Source: Bacteroides fragilis (GTDB taxonomy: Bacteria; Bacteroidota; Bacteroidia; Bacteroidales; DTGW01). From it: a stretch of DNA of 64,000 nucleotides. The notes below the pieces were generated by a model, which worked only from the letters and a program-made list of their open reading frames with translations, made no database searches and was not told the DNA's origin. A program made the translations under genes and the position numbers. The stretch covers positions 10,473 through 74,472 of the forward strand of contig CAMDBI010000008.1 of the NCBI GenBank assembly GCA_945889005.1. The letters run 5' to 3'. Shown in pieces: positions 19,365-29,992 of this stretch; within the stretch, counting starts at the first letter, position 1, and every line of letters starts with the position of its first letter.

Positions 19365-20498
19365 TTAAACCATTGTCGATACTTTCTTTTCGTATTTTTT
19401 ATACAGCAAGCTATCGGGCTTATTGTTTCTTACAAAATTTAAAATGAAATGGTTAAAGGTCTTTTCCTCTCCATTTAAAAATGTTACTTCTACCGGGATG
19501 TAAAACATAGCTGCTTTTATTTTGTCATCTATATCTGCTTTATGCTGAAAACGCATGGCATCTTTCTCGGTAGTGATTATAACTTTATCTTTATTGTCGA
19601 TAAGTTCAAACTTTTCAATAATATATTGAATGTCGAGTGATGAATACGAATAATGGTCAGGAAAACTTAATTCAGTAATAAAAGGGGTTAATATCTGTAT
19701 ATGACTTTTTAGAGGTTTCGAATTTGCTATGCCAGTAATAAGCAGCACATGTGTATTTTCGCTAATTTTCAAAGTGTTGTTAACTTTCTTCACTCCTTCA
19801 AAAACGGGCATCGGTTCGTTATATGACAGGGTTGTAAAATAAATTTTCTGATACGGATATTGCTTAAATCTCTTCTCGAGCAACCTTTGTTCTATAGGTT
19901 TAATATTTGGAGAACATTTGGTAATAATGATGATATTGGCTCTATGAAGTTCCGAAGCCGACTCCCTAAGACGACCTAAAGGCAACAAGCGATCTTCGTC
20001 AATAGGATTATTGTTGTCGATCAGCAGTATGTTTAATCCTGGGTTAATGTAGCGGTGCTGGTAAGCATCGTCGAGCAAAACAACCTGAGTATCTTTTCGT
20101 TCTTCAAGCAATCTTTTTACTCCCCTTACTCTATTGCCATCTACAGCAATTTCTATATCCGAAAATTTCTTTTTCATTTGAGCGGGCTCATCGCCTATTT
20201 GCTCGAAATTCGAATCATTATCGGCCAATATGAAACCATTGGTAAGTCTCTTATATCCTCTGCTCAAGGTCGCAATCTTATAGTCGTCCTTCAATAGCTT
20301 TATTAGATACTCGGTGTGCGGAGTTTTACCTGTGCCTCCAACGCTTATATTCCCAACCGATATAATAGGTAACTTAAACTCAACAGAACGTAATACTTTT
20401 ATATTAAAAAGAAAATTACGAAAACCTACCACAAAACCATACAACAACGACAAAGGGAAAAACATTATATCTCTTAACTCGAATCTATTCGCCTTCAT
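19365..20498 (-). CDS. lpxK: Tetraacyldisaccharide 4'-kinase
   Basis: 377-aa ORF with the P-loop GNISVGGTGKTP and LSRGYKR. Confidence 0.9.
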   Translation of the reverse strand: MKANRFELRDIMFFPLSLLYGFVVGFRNFLFNIKVLRSVEFKLPIISVGNISVGGTGKTPHTEYLIKLLKDDYKIATLSRGYKRLTNGFILADNDSNFEQIGDEPAQMKKKFSDIEIAVDGNRVRGVKRLLEERKDTQVVLLDDAYQHRYINPGLNILLIDNNNPIDEDRLLPLGRLRESASELHRANIIIITKCSPNIKPIEQRLLEKRFKQYPYQKIYFTTLSYNEPMPVFEGVKKVNNTLKISENTHVLLITGIANSKPLKSHIQILTPFITELSFPDHYSYSSLDIQYIIEKFELIDNKDKVIITTEKDAMRFQHKADIDDKIKAAMFYIPVEVTFLNGEEKTFNHFILNFVRNNKPDSLLYKKYEKKVSTMV

Positions 20499-20562
20499 TA
20501 GCCCACCTACTTTTAATAAGTTTTAAATTTGAGCCACAAATATACAGATTTATTGCCTTTAT

Positions 20563-22980
20563 CTAACTCTTTCTATCACCGATTTTAAATATTTTGTCAA
20601 AAATGCTGGTTTTCTTTTTCTTATAATGATTGTAATTGTATGAATAATTGTACTTATATGCATTGTTGTAATAATTGCCTCGACTTATATCTATATCATT
20701 TATAATAAGATGCATATCGGGTATTTTTCTTTTCCTAATTGTATCTATTACATCGGCAAGTATGTGTTTGTCGGTATGATTGTGCCTAACCACAAATAAA
20801 TTGATGTTTGAATAACAAACCAACAACAATGCATCGGGTATAATGCCTACTGGAGGAGTGTCTATTACAATGATATCGTAAATTGTTTTTAGGTATTCAA
20901 ACAACAACTCGCAACGAACCGATGAAATAAGTTCTGAAGAGTTTGGAGGTACCGGACCGGGTAAAATAACATCTAGATTTGTGTAAGGCGAAGGGCAAAT
21001 TAATTCGTCAATCTCGCATTTTCGGCTCAAATAAGTACTTAAGCCATTTTCTAATTCACAATTAAACGGTTTGTTGTTCAACGGCTTACGCATATCAAAG
21101 TTGAGTAAAACAGTTTTTTTGTTGTTTTGCGAAAAACTGAGTGCAATATTGAGACTTACAAAACTTTTTCCTTCGTTCATCAACGATGAAGTTACCAGTA
21201 TAGTTTGTTTTACTTTTTCTTGATCAATAAACTGAAAATTGGTCCTTATAAACCTAAAATCTTCTGCCATAAACGACTCAGGGTCGTCCATTATTGATTT
21301 GATAAGCTTTGTATCGGTTCTAACAATTTTCCCTAAAAGCTGAAATCCAGTAATTCTTTCGATTTCTTGTAGTGTTCTTACTTTGGTATTGAGAAAATCA
21401 ATTAAAAGTAAAATTACCAATGGCAACCCCAATCCAAAAATTACAGCAAATGTATAGCTTTGGTTCTTTTTTGGCGAAATAAGTACTGCATATTGCGAAT
21501 CGGCTTTGTCTACAATTTCATTCTCGGGCATTATCGACGATTTTGCAATCTGAATCTCGCTTCTTTTGGTTAGCAAAAATGTATATAACTCATCTATAAC
21601 CTTGTATTTTCGTTCGTAATTGAACAAATCGCGTTGTGTTTGAGGCAAAGTGCCCGCTTGTTCCGACAATGCCACTATTTCGTTGTCGTATTCTTTTAAT
21701 GTTATTTTTTCGGAATTTATAACATTCTTAATGTTTTCGGCCAACACTTTACGAATCGATAATATTTTCTGATCTTGAGCAACAATATAGGGATTCTCTT
21801 TTTTTGAAATTGAAGCTAATTCGCGCCGTTCGTTCAATGCAGTAATCAGATCGGAAAGTAAATTGTTCATCAATGGATCGTCGATACCTATCGATGCTGG
21901 TGCTATAAGCTCTTTATTGTCAGACTCTTTCGACTCCAAATATTTTTTTAAGTATTCGTAATATCGAAGCTTAACCAACGATTGGGTTTGCTGGTTTTGC
22001 AATTTCTCGAGCTTCTGAAACACTCTTTGCGACTCCGTTTCAATATCCATCAATTTGCGCGTCGATTTAAAATTGAGCAATTGCGATTCCGAAATCTTTA
22101 ACGAGTCTTGAATTTCCGAAATTTGTTTTTCTATAAATCCGATTGTATTGCTGGTCGATGAAAGTTTTTTTTCAACACTTTTTTCTAAATATACTTCGGA
22201 AAAAGTATTCAAGAAATAGGCAATTTTTCGAGGGTTATTCCCAGTTAAACTTATATTTATTATCGATGTAGATTTGTTATTACTAAGGACCATTGTTTTG
22301 TACTTCGAAACCAATGAATAACGCGATTCGAAATTGAACTCGTATTTTTGCCCTACATAATCACGAAGATCTATTAAACCTGGTTTTGTAAGTAAAACAA
22401 AAGCAAAATATTTATTTTGAAAAAATGAATTGATCTTGCAAGTAACTGAATAAAAGTCAATTTTTGTAGATTCTGAGCACTCCTCGGTTTTAAAATTACA
22501 GAGTTGCACTGTTGCCTTTTCTGAAACAATCTGCACCAAACTATCATTTAATATAACGACTTTAATTGGGATATTAATTGGTTGACTCTTAGACGAATCA
22601 ACTTGTACCACGAAGGGACATTCGTCGAACAATTCTGTTTTCTTAAAACCATTTACTCTATAATATGTTACACCATAATTTATCCTCGAAAGTGTTGTAT
22701 TAATTAATGTATAGGACGACAACTTATTCATTTCGTTGTCGACCGTCGATTCAAATCCCGAAAGCGACAAACGCCCAACATCAAGAGCTGGTTTGTTTTG
22801 ATTAATTAGTATACTTGTATTAACAACAAATTCCTGATATTTATATTTATTGTATAAAAAAGCAACTAACAGCAATAGTATTAATGAGAAAAGAAATAAA
22901 CGCCAGTTTGCAATAACTTTAAATAATATTCCCTTAAAATCAATATTGTCGCTTTTCTCGTCAATCGATTGTTGTTCCAT
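20563..22980 (-). CDS. Polysaccharide co-polymerase / tyrosine autokinase (Wzc-like)
   Basis: 805 aa with an N-terminal TM plus Wzz-like periplasmic coiled-coil region and a second TM. The C-terminal kinase domain has Walker A VTSSLMNEGKS and Walker B-like IIVIDTPP, followed by a Tyr-rich tail (YYNNAYKYNYSYNYNHY). Confidence 0.88.
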   Translation of the reverse strand: MEQQSIDEKSDNIDFKGILFKVIANWRLFLFSLILLLLVAFLYNKYKYQEFVVNTSILINQNKPALDVGRLSLSGFESTVDNEMNKLSSYTLINTTLSRINYGVTYYRVNGFKKTELFDECPFVVQVDSSKSQPINIPIKVVILNDSLVQIVSEKATVQLCNFKTEECSESTKIDFYSVTCKINSFFQNKYFAFVLLTKPGLIDLRDYVGQKYEFNFESRYSLVSKYKTMVLSNNKSTSIINISLTGNNPRKIAYFLNTFSEVYLEKSVEKKLSSTSNTIGFIEKQISEIQDSLKISESQLLNFKSTRKLMDIETESQRVFQKLEKLQNQQTQSLVKLRYYEYLKKYLESKESDNKELIAPASIGIDDPLMNNLLSDLITALNERRELASISKKENPYIVAQDQKILSIRKVLAENIKNVINSEKITLKEYDNEIVALSEQAGTLPQTQRDLFNYERKYKVIDELYTFLLTKRSEIQIAKSSIMPENEIVDKADSQYAVLISPKKNQSYTFAVIFGLGLPLVILLLIDFLNTKVRTLQEIERITGFQLLGKIVRTDTKLIKSIMDDPESFMAEDFRFIRTNFQFIDQEKVKQTILVTSSLMNEGKSFVSLNIALSFSQNNKKTVLLNFDMRKPLNNKPFNCELENGLSTYLSRKCEIDELICPSPYTNLDVILPGPVPPNSSELISSVRCELLFEYLKTIYDIIVIDTPPVGIIPDALLLVCYSNINLFVVRHNHTDKHILADVIDTIRKRKIPDMHLIINDIDISRGNYYNNAYKYNYSYNYNHYKKKKTSIFDKIFKIGDRKS

Positions 22981-23056
22981 GGTTTGATATTAAATAAAAA
23001 AAGCGGACGAAACTGTCTGTCGATCAATTTGGTCCGCTTATTTGTGTATGTATTTT

Positions 23057-23824
23057 TTATTTCGAAACCGACATATAAGTCATGGCTATAGCGCCCAATG
23101 TAAACAACCATTCGTAAGGGAAACGTTCGAAAGCCCATGATTTAGCCTTTCTGGGTTCTACTAAAACAATGTCGTTTGGCATTAGATAGAAGAAATCTGA
23201 CTGAAGGATGTCTTTTTCAGACAAATTGAAAACAAATACATCGGAACCTTTCAAGGTTTGACGTACAATTTTTACACGTTTCAAATTTGCCCATTGGGAG
23301 GTACCTCCAGCCAAACCAATTGCCTGAAAAATATTAATTTGATCTTTATCGATAGTTACCGTTCCTGGACTTCCAACTTCGCCCAATATGGTTACTTCGA
23401 AGTTAACCAAACGAACAATAACCGATGTTTCTTTAAAATATTCGTTCAAAGTTTTCTGTATAAGCGACTTTACCTCTTCTATGGTAAGCCCACGTACATA
23501 CATTTTATCAACAAAAGAGAAATTAATATAACCCTGTTCGTCAACTACATAACTATTCAAGTACAAGTACGTAGGATTCATCAATGCAGGCAAATCGGTC
23601 TGAAAAAACTTAGACGTCTTTGGATCGACACTAAATATTTTGATATACAAGTGATCGCCTGTTTGAACTCGATAAGTTATTTTCTTGCTATTTTCGAAGC
23701 TGGTTTGAAGCTCTGCTTCTTTCAGCATTGTAACTTTCTTTTGCGATATACACGAAGAAAAGAGAGCAGCAACAATAGCTACTGCGGTTACAATTCTTAA
23801 TATACTTCTTATTGCTCGTTTCAT
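23057..23824 (-). CDS. Polysaccharide export outer-membrane protein (Wza/BexD family)
   Basis: 255 aa with a lipoprotein-type signal (ALFSSC), a Poly_export-like YRVQTGDHLYIKIF and an SLBB-like region (VTILGEVGSPG). Confidence 0.88.
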   Translation of the reverse strand: MKRAIRSILRIVTAVAIVAALFSSCISQKKVTMLKEAELQTSFENSKKITYRVQTGDHLYIKIFSVDPKTSKFFQTDLPALMNPTYLYLNSYVVDEQGYINFSFVDKMYVRGLTIEEVKSLIQKTLNEYFKETSVIVRLVNFEVTILGEVGSPGTVTIDKDQINIFQAIGLAGGTSQWANLKRVKIVRQTLKGSDVFVFNLSEKDILQSDFFYLMPNDIVLVEPRKAKSWAFERFPYEWLFTLGAIAMTYMSVSK

Positions 23825-23855
23825 GGCACTTCAGATAATGGTTGCTATTATAAAT

Positions 23856-25787
23856 TTATAATTTATTTTTCAATTTCAAAGCATCTTTAATAGAAATTTT
23901 TTGCCCAAAATGATAAACAGTAATAAATGCTCCCGGAATAGCAAGATCGTTTAGCAATTTACTTGCTAATTTATAACTACTTCCACAATTGATGGTGTAT
24001 TTGTACCATCCATCTTCCTCAACTACTTCTATATTTTCTGATCCATTATATATCTTCTTCAATTCATTGTCGTCAATATTACTTTCGCTGGCTGCTATCT
24101 GAATTCTGAAAACCAAGTCATGTGTAGCTTGACTCGTATTTTGAACACTAGATGATGAACTATATTCGTCGGCATTTGAACTTACAAGAGCTTTACTGAC
24201 ATTAATTTTTTTGCCATTCAAAAACGCAACAACGAAGGCTCCGGGAACATTGATCTGATCGCATATATCGCGTGCCGAAGCATACGTATCGAAACTGCCA
24301 ATTGAATATTTGTACCATCCGTGTTCTAATGTTTCTACTGGCTGCTCGGGTCCTGAATATATGCCTTGCAAAGTTTCACTAATCATAGGTACTCTACATG
24401 CCACAATTTGTATTTGAAATGTAAACCCGGGTACAGATTCAAACTCTCGTTTATTTGATGTATAGGTTTGTGTGTGCTCGCTTGATTGAGTGTACTCAGC
24501 AGATGGTTCTGCTTTTGGCGTTTTCTGTTTCTTCTGTTTCTTTTTAGATTGTGTATTTGTTTCAGAAGCCGGCGTTTCGACAGGTACTTGTGCTATTGTT
24601 TCTGGTGTAGGTGTAAGAACTACAGAGGCTTCGGCCGTTGGCTCAGTAGTAGAAATCTGTGCTATGTTTTCTGTTGGCGATGCTTGCTGTGCTGTGTCGA
24701 CGGCTACAACTTGCTGCGGTTTGACCGAGTCTGTCATCAATACAGCAGCTTCTTCGCCATATTGATAGGTATACCATGCATTTTTTATCGATTCGAGATT
24801 GGAATAATCAAGATTGGAATAATCAATTACAAATTTCTCGTAATCATTTGGATATGTTTCTGTTAAAAACTTATTAAACTGATCAACTGATTTCTCGTTG
24901 ACCGGAATTGCCTGATAAATATTGGTGACCTCTTGTGTTTGAAGCGGAGTTTGAGATATTGATTCTGGTTGAACTTGTGCTTGAGTATAACTAGTATCAG
25001 GTACATACGATGCCGTAGGTTCTGTAGCTGATGGAATAGTCTCATAAGAAACAGGCGAAGTATAGCTTACTGTGTCGTATGTTGTGGGTGTTGCATACGA
25101 TGTCGATTGCAAAGTCGAACTGGCAGAAGTTGCTACTGTGCTCGTGTCTAAAGTTGTTAACGATGCTAAATCGGTAAGATTGTCGGTTGATGTTGCCGAT
25201 GTTTCTTGTGCTTGAGGTGTTGAACTGCCTTTATATGGTATTAATGTATATAATTCAAATGCCTTTTTCAAATTTTCAATTGAACTATTCTCAGTTTGTA
25301 TAACCGAATTTACTTTTGCAAATTTTATAAGATAATCGCTTTCGCCCTCAGAATCGGTTCGTTGACCTTGTGCACTAGCATAATCGCTTTTAGCCTGAGT
25401 TTCCAAAATCTTGGCATAACCAATTTCTTCTTGTGAACCTTTAAAATAAAAATTAAAATCAGATATCTTTGATGTATAAACCTCGTATTTTATTTGGTTT
25501 GCCTTTTTGTAATTTTCAGCAGCATCGGCTTGTTTTGAAACAGCTTGTTTGTTTTTTTTGTCTATAGCACCCTGATCGGTCATTTGACCCGATTCGGCCA
25601 TAAAACTTTCTGCCTCCTGCATTTGTAAAGTGCCTTTCTGAAAAATCGATTCCGCTTTTTCGAGTTTACTTATGTCGTCGATACTCAAACTTATACGGTC
25701 ACTTTCCTGTGATCTTATGTATATCGCGGCATTCAAAAGCACTATTAATGCTAAAGTAATCTTATATATACTTTTTGAAACCTTCAT
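23856..25787 (-). CDS. Secreted SPOR-domain protein with a long Ser/Thr/Gln/Pro-rich linker
   Basis: 643 aa with a signal peptide, helical N-terminal region and low-complexity T/S/Q/P centre. Two C-terminal SPOR-like repeats follow (FTFQIQIVACR...GWYKYSIGSF...PGAFVV and VFRIQIAASE...GWYKYTINCG...PGAFIT). The gene lies 32 nt upstream of wza. Confidence 0.7.
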   Translation of the reverse strand: MKVSKSIYKITLALIVLLNAAIYIRSQESDRISLSIDDISKLEKAESIFQKGTLQMQEAESFMAESGQMTDQGAIDKKNKQAVSKQADAAENYKKANQIKYEVYTSKISDFNFYFKGSQEEIGYAKILETQAKSDYASAQGQRTDSEGESDYLIKFAKVNSVIQTENSSIENLKKAFELYTLIPYKGSSTPQAQETSATSTDNLTDLASLTTLDTSTVATSASSTLQSTSYATPTTYDTVSYTSPVSYETIPSATEPTASYVPDTSYTQAQVQPESISQTPLQTQEVTNIYQAIPVNEKSVDQFNKFLTETYPNDYEKFVIDYSNLDYSNLESIKNAWYTYQYGEEAAVLMTDSVKPQQVVAVDTAQQASPTENIAQISTTEPTAEASVVLTPTPETIAQVPVETPASETNTQSKKKQKKQKTPKAEPSAEYTQSSEHTQTYTSNKREFESVPGFTFQIQIVACRVPMISETLQGIYSGPEQPVETLEHGWYKYSIGSFDTYASARDICDQINVPGAFVVAFLNGKKINVSKALVSSNADEYSSSSSVQNTSQATHDLVFRIQIAASESNIDDNELKKIYNGSENIEVVEEDGWYKYTINCGSSYKLASKLLNDLAIPGAFITVYHFGQKISIKDALKLKNKL

Positions 25788-26052
25788 TACAATTGAAAAA
25801 AATTAATCCTATTTTGCAAATTCAAATATAATAAAATTTGTTTTGTAAACAACTTATTTTCAATGCAAATTACACATTGATACATAGCAATATATAATTT
25901 ACAGATATTCAGGAATATAAATTTACAAATATTTTTGTAAAAAATCAAATAAAAACCTAAAAAAATGTGTTTATTAATATATTTGTGTATTTCTTTATCA
26001 AATTAGGTAAAATTCAATTAGGTTTGTTGTTTGAGTGAACATATCATATTAA

Positions 26053-26502
26053 ATGAGAATTAAAGATAAAAAACAATTGCAATTTGATACCCGATACCTC
26101 GAAATGGCACGTATTTGGGCAAAGAATTCGTATTGCAAACGTCGACAAGTAGGAGCAATTTTGGTGAAAGACAAAATGATTATCTCTGATGGATTCAATG
26201 GTACCCCATCGGGTTTCGAAAACAATTGCGAAGACAACGACAACAAAACAAAACCCTACGTTTTACATGCCGAAGCCAATGCTATTACAAAGGTTGCAAA
26301 GTCGAACAATAGCAGCGAGGGTGCTACTCTTTATGTTACCACTGCACCATGTCTCGAATGTGCCAAGCTAATTATTCAGTCGGGTATAGTTCGAGTTGTA
26401 TACTGCGACAACTATCACAAAGACGACGGTTTGGCTGTTTTGCAACGTGCCGGTATCGAAACATTTTATTTAAATATTGATGAAGATGAAACAAACAAAT
26501 AA
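26053..26502 (+). CDS. comEB: dCMP deaminase (ComEB family)
   Basis: 149 aa with zinc motifs HAEANAI and PCLECAK. Confidence 0.9.
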   Translation: MRIKDKKQLQFDTRYLEMARIWAKNSYCKRRQVGAILVKDKMIISDGFNGTPSGFENNCEDNDNKTKPYVLHAEANAITKVAKSNNSSEGATLYVTTAPCLECAKLIIQSGIVRVVYCDNYHKDDGLAVLQRAGIETFYLNIDEDETNK

Positions 26503-28087
26503 TAACATTCGAATATATTTACCAATACTTATAGCTGTTGCTGTTGTATTGGGCATTGTTATTGGACTAAGCTTGTCGCGAAAACAAATAGTTCAGGAAA
26601 ACATGTTTCTGATGCCAAAATCGGACAAACTCAATTCGGTTATGCGCTACATAAACGAAGAATATGTCGATACGGTCGATTTAAGTAAGTTGAACGAAGA
26701 AGCAATAAATGCGATACTCAAAAAACTTGACCCGCATTCGGTTTATATTCCTGCCGAAGATGTTACGGCTGTAAACGAACCTTTAGAAGGCAATTTTAGT
26801 GGAATAGGTGTTGAATTTAATATGCCACAAGATACGGTAGTAATCATCAACACCATACCCAACGGTCCGTCTGCTCTTTTAGGAATAATGCCAGGCGACC
26901 GTATTATAAAAGTAAATGGTAAAAACGTTGCTGGCATTAAACTCCCGAGCGATTCGATTGTAAAGAAACTTAAAGGGCCAAGAGGAACTCATGTTTCTGT
27001 AACTATTTTGCGCAGACCCAACAAAACTTTGGTGTTTGATATAACCCGCGACAAAATACCACTATATAGCATAGACGTAGCCTATATGGCAGATAGCTCG
27101 ACCGGTTATATAAAAATTAACCAATTTGCCCGAACTACCTATAGCGAGTTTACAGATGCTGTAAATAAATTGAAAAACGAAGGTATGAAAGGCATTATTA
27201 TCGACCTGAGAAGCAACGGCGGCGGCTTCTTGGACGAAGCCATCAATTTGGCCGATGAATTTCTACCCAACGGACAACTTATTGTGTATACTAAAGGAAA
27301 ATCGCACCCACGCGAAAATTACTATGCAAGCAACAAAGGATCTCTCGAAAAAATAAAAATCTCTATTCTAATCGACGAATTTTCGGCATCTGCTTCCGAA
27401 ATATTATCGGGAGCCATACAGGACAACGACCGTGGAACAATTATTGGGCGCCGATCGTTTGGCAAGGGTTTGGTTCAGGAACCTATTGTATTTGCCGACC
27501 AATCGATGATTCGTCTCACTGTTGCCCGATACTATACTCCTACCGGACGATGCATACAACGCTCGTACAGCAATGGAACCGACGACTATTATGCCGATAT
27601 TTATTCGCGCTTTGCTCATAAAGAAATGTTGACTGCCGATAGTATCAAATTCAACGATTCGTTGAAATACACAACCCCTGCCGGAAAAATAGTATATGGA
27701 GGAGGTGGCATTATGCCCGATATCTTTATTCCTATCGATACCACTGGCATGACTCCCTACTTCGACGAAGTACGCGACAATGGACTCATTTATCGCTTTG
27801 CTTTTGAATATAGCGACAACAACCGAGCAAAACTCAATACTTTTAAAGACTACAAAGAATTGCTTGCTTATCTTGAGATAAACAATATTGTAGATTTGTT
27901 TGTAAAATATTCGGAAGCGAATGGATTTAAACCCAACGTTAATGAAATTGAAATATCAAAACAATTACTTTCAACTTATCTAAATGCTTACATTGTTCGA
28001 AACTTCTTCAAAAATGAAGGGTATTACCCTGTTATTGGGGCTATCGACAATACTTTGACGAGGGCTTTGGAGGAGATGAGGAAATAA
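26480..28087 (+). CDS. Carboxy-terminal processing peptidase (S41 family)
   Basis: About 535 aa with an N-terminal TM, PDZ region (GIGVEF...GPSALLGIMPGDRIIKVNG) and S41 core (DLRSNGGGFL, SASASEILSGAIQD, GKGLVQ). The track start at 26477 is TTG; the first ATG is 26480. Confidence 0.9.
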   Translation: MKMKQTNNNIRIYLPILIAVAVVLGIVIGLSLSRKQIVQENMFLMPKSDKLNSVMRYINEEYVDTVDLSKLNEEAINAILKKLDPHSVYIPAEDVTAVNEPLEGNFSGIGVEFNMPQDTVVIINTIPNGPSALLGIMPGDRIIKVNGKNVAGIKLPSDSIVKKLKGPRGTHVSVTILRRPNKTLVFDITRDKIPLYSIDVAYMADSSTGYIKINQFARTTYSEFTDAVNKLKNEGMKGIIIDLRSNGGGFLDEAINLADEFLPNGQLIVYTKGKSHPRENYYASNKGSLEKIKISILIDEFSASASEILSGAIQDNDRGTIIGRRSFGKGLVQEPIVFADQSMIRLTVARYYTPTGRCIQRSYSNGTDDYYADIYSRFAHKEMLTADSIKFNDSLKYTTPAGKIVYGGGGIMPDIFIPIDTTGMTPYFDEVRDNGLIYRFAFEYSDNNRAKLNTFKDYKELLAYLEINNIVDLFVKYSEANGFKPNVNEIEISKQLLSTYLNAYIVRNFFKNEGYYPVIGAIDNTLTRALEEMRK

Positions 28088-28159
28088 GATATGAGATGAA
28101 AGATTGTCTAGTAAAAGAATAACAGATTTCTTACTACGTTTACAATAGAGATTATTTGA

Positions 28160-29083
28160 TTAAAAAATCTTTCTCCATCTATGGCAATAAGGAGCTTTGC
28201 CGTTTTTGTGGTAATAGAGTTGATGATAGTCCTCGGCTTTCCAAAATAGGTCGGATTTTATTAGTTTTGTAGCCACAGCATAGCCTTTTTGAGACAGCGA
28301 TTTAATAATTTTATTTGCAATTTTTTTTTGTTCTTCAGTTTTATAAAAAACTGCCGATAAGTACTGTGGACCAATATCGGGACCTTGTCCATCGGTTTGC
28401 GAAAAATCGTGTATTTCGAAAAAATACTGGCACAGCTTCTCGAACGATACTTTTTGCGGGTCATATACCACTTCTATAGCCTCGAGGTGTCCTGTTGTAT
28501 GGTTACACACTTCTTTGTATGATGGATTCTTCACAGTACCTCCGGTATAGCCAACTAAAGTGCTTTTGACACCTTCTATTTGCTCGAAATAATACTGCAC
28601 ACCCCAAAAACAACCGGCTGCAAATATTGCAGTATCGGTTATTGAAGCTCTTATAGATGGAACAAAAGTCATAGAAATTGAATTGACACAATGACGTGTA
28701 TTTTTGTCGGTTAACCTCTCGCCGGCAAATACATGCCCCAAATGCCCGCCACAACTAGCACATACAATCTCTGTTCGTCTGCCATCGGCATCGGTATGGC
28801 GTGTAATAGCTCCGAGTATCTCGTCGTCGAAAGCCGGCCAACCACAGCCCGAGTCGAACTTATCGGTACTTCGATAAAGGGCACTGTTGCACTGTTTGCA
28901 ATGGTAAGTCCCCGATTCGAAAAACTTATCGTATTGTCCGGTATATGGGCGTTCGGTTCCTTTGTGAAGTATTACTCTTTCTTCTTCTATCGTTAATTTT
29001 TTAAAAACCATGGGCTTATTGCTTTGCGAGGTACACGACTGAATATTCAATCCCAATACTAAAAGTATTAAAATACGTTTCAT
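28160..29083 (-). CDS. msrAB: Exported bifunctional methionine sulfoxide reductase MsrB-MsrA
   Basis: 307 aa with a lipoprotein-like signal (LGLNIQSC), an MsrB half (CxxC...CGWPAF...RHCVN) and an MsrA half (GCFWG). Confidence 0.92.
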   Translation of the reverse strand: MKRILILLVLGLNIQSCTSQSNKPMVFKKLTIEEERVILHKGTERPYTGQYDKFFESGTYHCKQCNSALYRSTDKFDSGCGWPAFDDEILGAITRHTDADGRRTEIVCASCGGHLGHVFAGERLTDKNTRHCVNSISMTFVPSIRASITDTAIFAAGCFWGVQYYFEQIEGVKSTLVGYTGGTVKNPSYKEVCNHTTGHLEAIEVVYDPQKVSFEKLCQYFFEIHDFSQTDGQGPDIGPQYLSAVFYKTEEQKKIANKIIKSLSQKGYAVATKLIKSDLFWKAEDYHQLYYHKNGKAPYCHRWRKIF

Positions 29084-29262
29084 TTTTGTCTTTTTGAATA
29101 AACAAAATTTAATGAAGAAAGTTTAGTATAGTAATAATATTAAATAACTTGCAGTTCAAAATGTAGCGTTTTTTCAAAAACGTTAATTTGCAACTTAGAA
29201 TGCCGAACTGAGGTTGGTGGGCTTTTACACGAGTTAGAAGAACTGCACTTGATTATAGTTTA

Positions 29263-29379
29263 ATGGAAAATATTGAACCTGTTAAAACTAAACTATTTGA
29301 TAAATACAAAGGCATTATTAGCAAAGAGGATGGACAACATCTAAATGAACATATCAAACAAATGCGCAGCGAAGATTGA
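29263..29379 (+). pseudogene. Orphan antitoxin-like remnant (same family as 14189-14405), no toxin partner
   Basis: 38-codon ORF MENIEPVKTKLFDKYKGIISKEDGQHLNEHIKQMRSED*. Its C-terminus parallels RGSISKETAQQMKMEHEQMRKEW of the other remnant, and no PIN gene follows. Confidence 0.3.
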
Positions 29380-29610
29380 TTTAAATACTTATTCGATCTC
29401 TAACTGATTGAATAGAATTTTTCCATTCATCCATTTCTGTTTGTTTCTTTGTAATTTTACTAAAGCCTTCTTTTCGCAAGTATGCTTCAGCTTCTTTTAT
29501 ACTAAAACTATTCGTTTTCATTTGTAAACCTCCAAATATAAAAAATCATTGCTAAAAACATCCAAAAATAAATTTAAAGCAAGGTGCTGATACTTTCCTC
29601 GCTAAGCTGT

Positions 29611-29688
29611 AATTGCAAATAAAACGTAGCAAATGCTACAAAACTTTGTACGACGTAGTTACGCTGCGCTAAACTACGCCGAACCGAG
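29611..29688 (+). repeat. 78-nt structured repeat, copy 1 (flanks the ParE/antitoxin cassette)
   Basis: AATTGCAAATAAAACGTAGCAAATGCTACAAAAC...CGACGTAGTTACGCTGCGCTAAACTACGCCGAACCGAG. It matches 30429-30506 at 71/78 positions (hand-aligned) and contains hairpins GTAGCA/TGCTAC and CGTAGTT/AACTACG. Confidence 0.8.
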
Positions 29689-29698
29689 GGTATCTAAA

Positions 29699-29992
29699 TT
29701 ATTGAATTGTTTTCAGTAATCTTGCAGAATGAAAAATTCTTAAAATATCGATATGTATTTCGTTTTTAATCAAGTAAATAATTCTATAATTGCCCTCAAT
29801 TAATTCATGTATATTTTTGTCATTAAATTCAGGCACAATTCTTCCCATGGATGGATTGTCTATAATAAATTGCACCTTTTGATATATTTTTTGAGTAGTA
29901 ACATTGTCATATCTCTTTGAATCTTCGGCAATGAAATCAAATATTTCTTTCAAATCAATAATTGCAATCTCGGTCCAGACTACTTTGTCCAT
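29699..29992 (-). CDS. Type II toxin, RelE/ParE family
   Basis: 97 aa with GRIVPEF...HELIEGNYRIIYLIKNEIHIDILRIFHSARLL, the typical RelE/ParE fold signature. It overlaps the upstream antitoxin gene by 13 nt. Confidence 0.85.
   Translation of the reverse strand: MDKVVWTEIAIIDLKEIFDFIAEDSKRYDNVTTQKIYQKVQFIIDNPSMGRIVPEFNDKNIHELIEGNYRIIYLIKNEIHIDILRIFHSARLLKTIQ

Noticed and set aside
26103-26118. Sigma-54 promoter-like TGGCACGTATTTGGGC
   Set aside because: It lies inside the dCMP deaminase CDS, and the GC of the -12 element is off by one relative to GG-N10-GC.
28067-28105. Possible additional weak heptad run at the ctp stop (atgagga aataaga tatgaga tgaaaga ttgtcta)
   Set aside because: Only the last two positions of each unit recur and half of the run is coding. 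That is too weak to count as a member of the array family.
29381-29521. 46-codon minus-strand ORF (MKTNSFSIKEAEAYLRKEGFSKITKKQTEMDEWKNSIQSVRDRISI)
   Set aside because: It is plausible as a small gene or TA fragment, but it is too short, has no recognisable motif, and is convergent and nearly abutting the antitoxin remnant. It is left unannotated.
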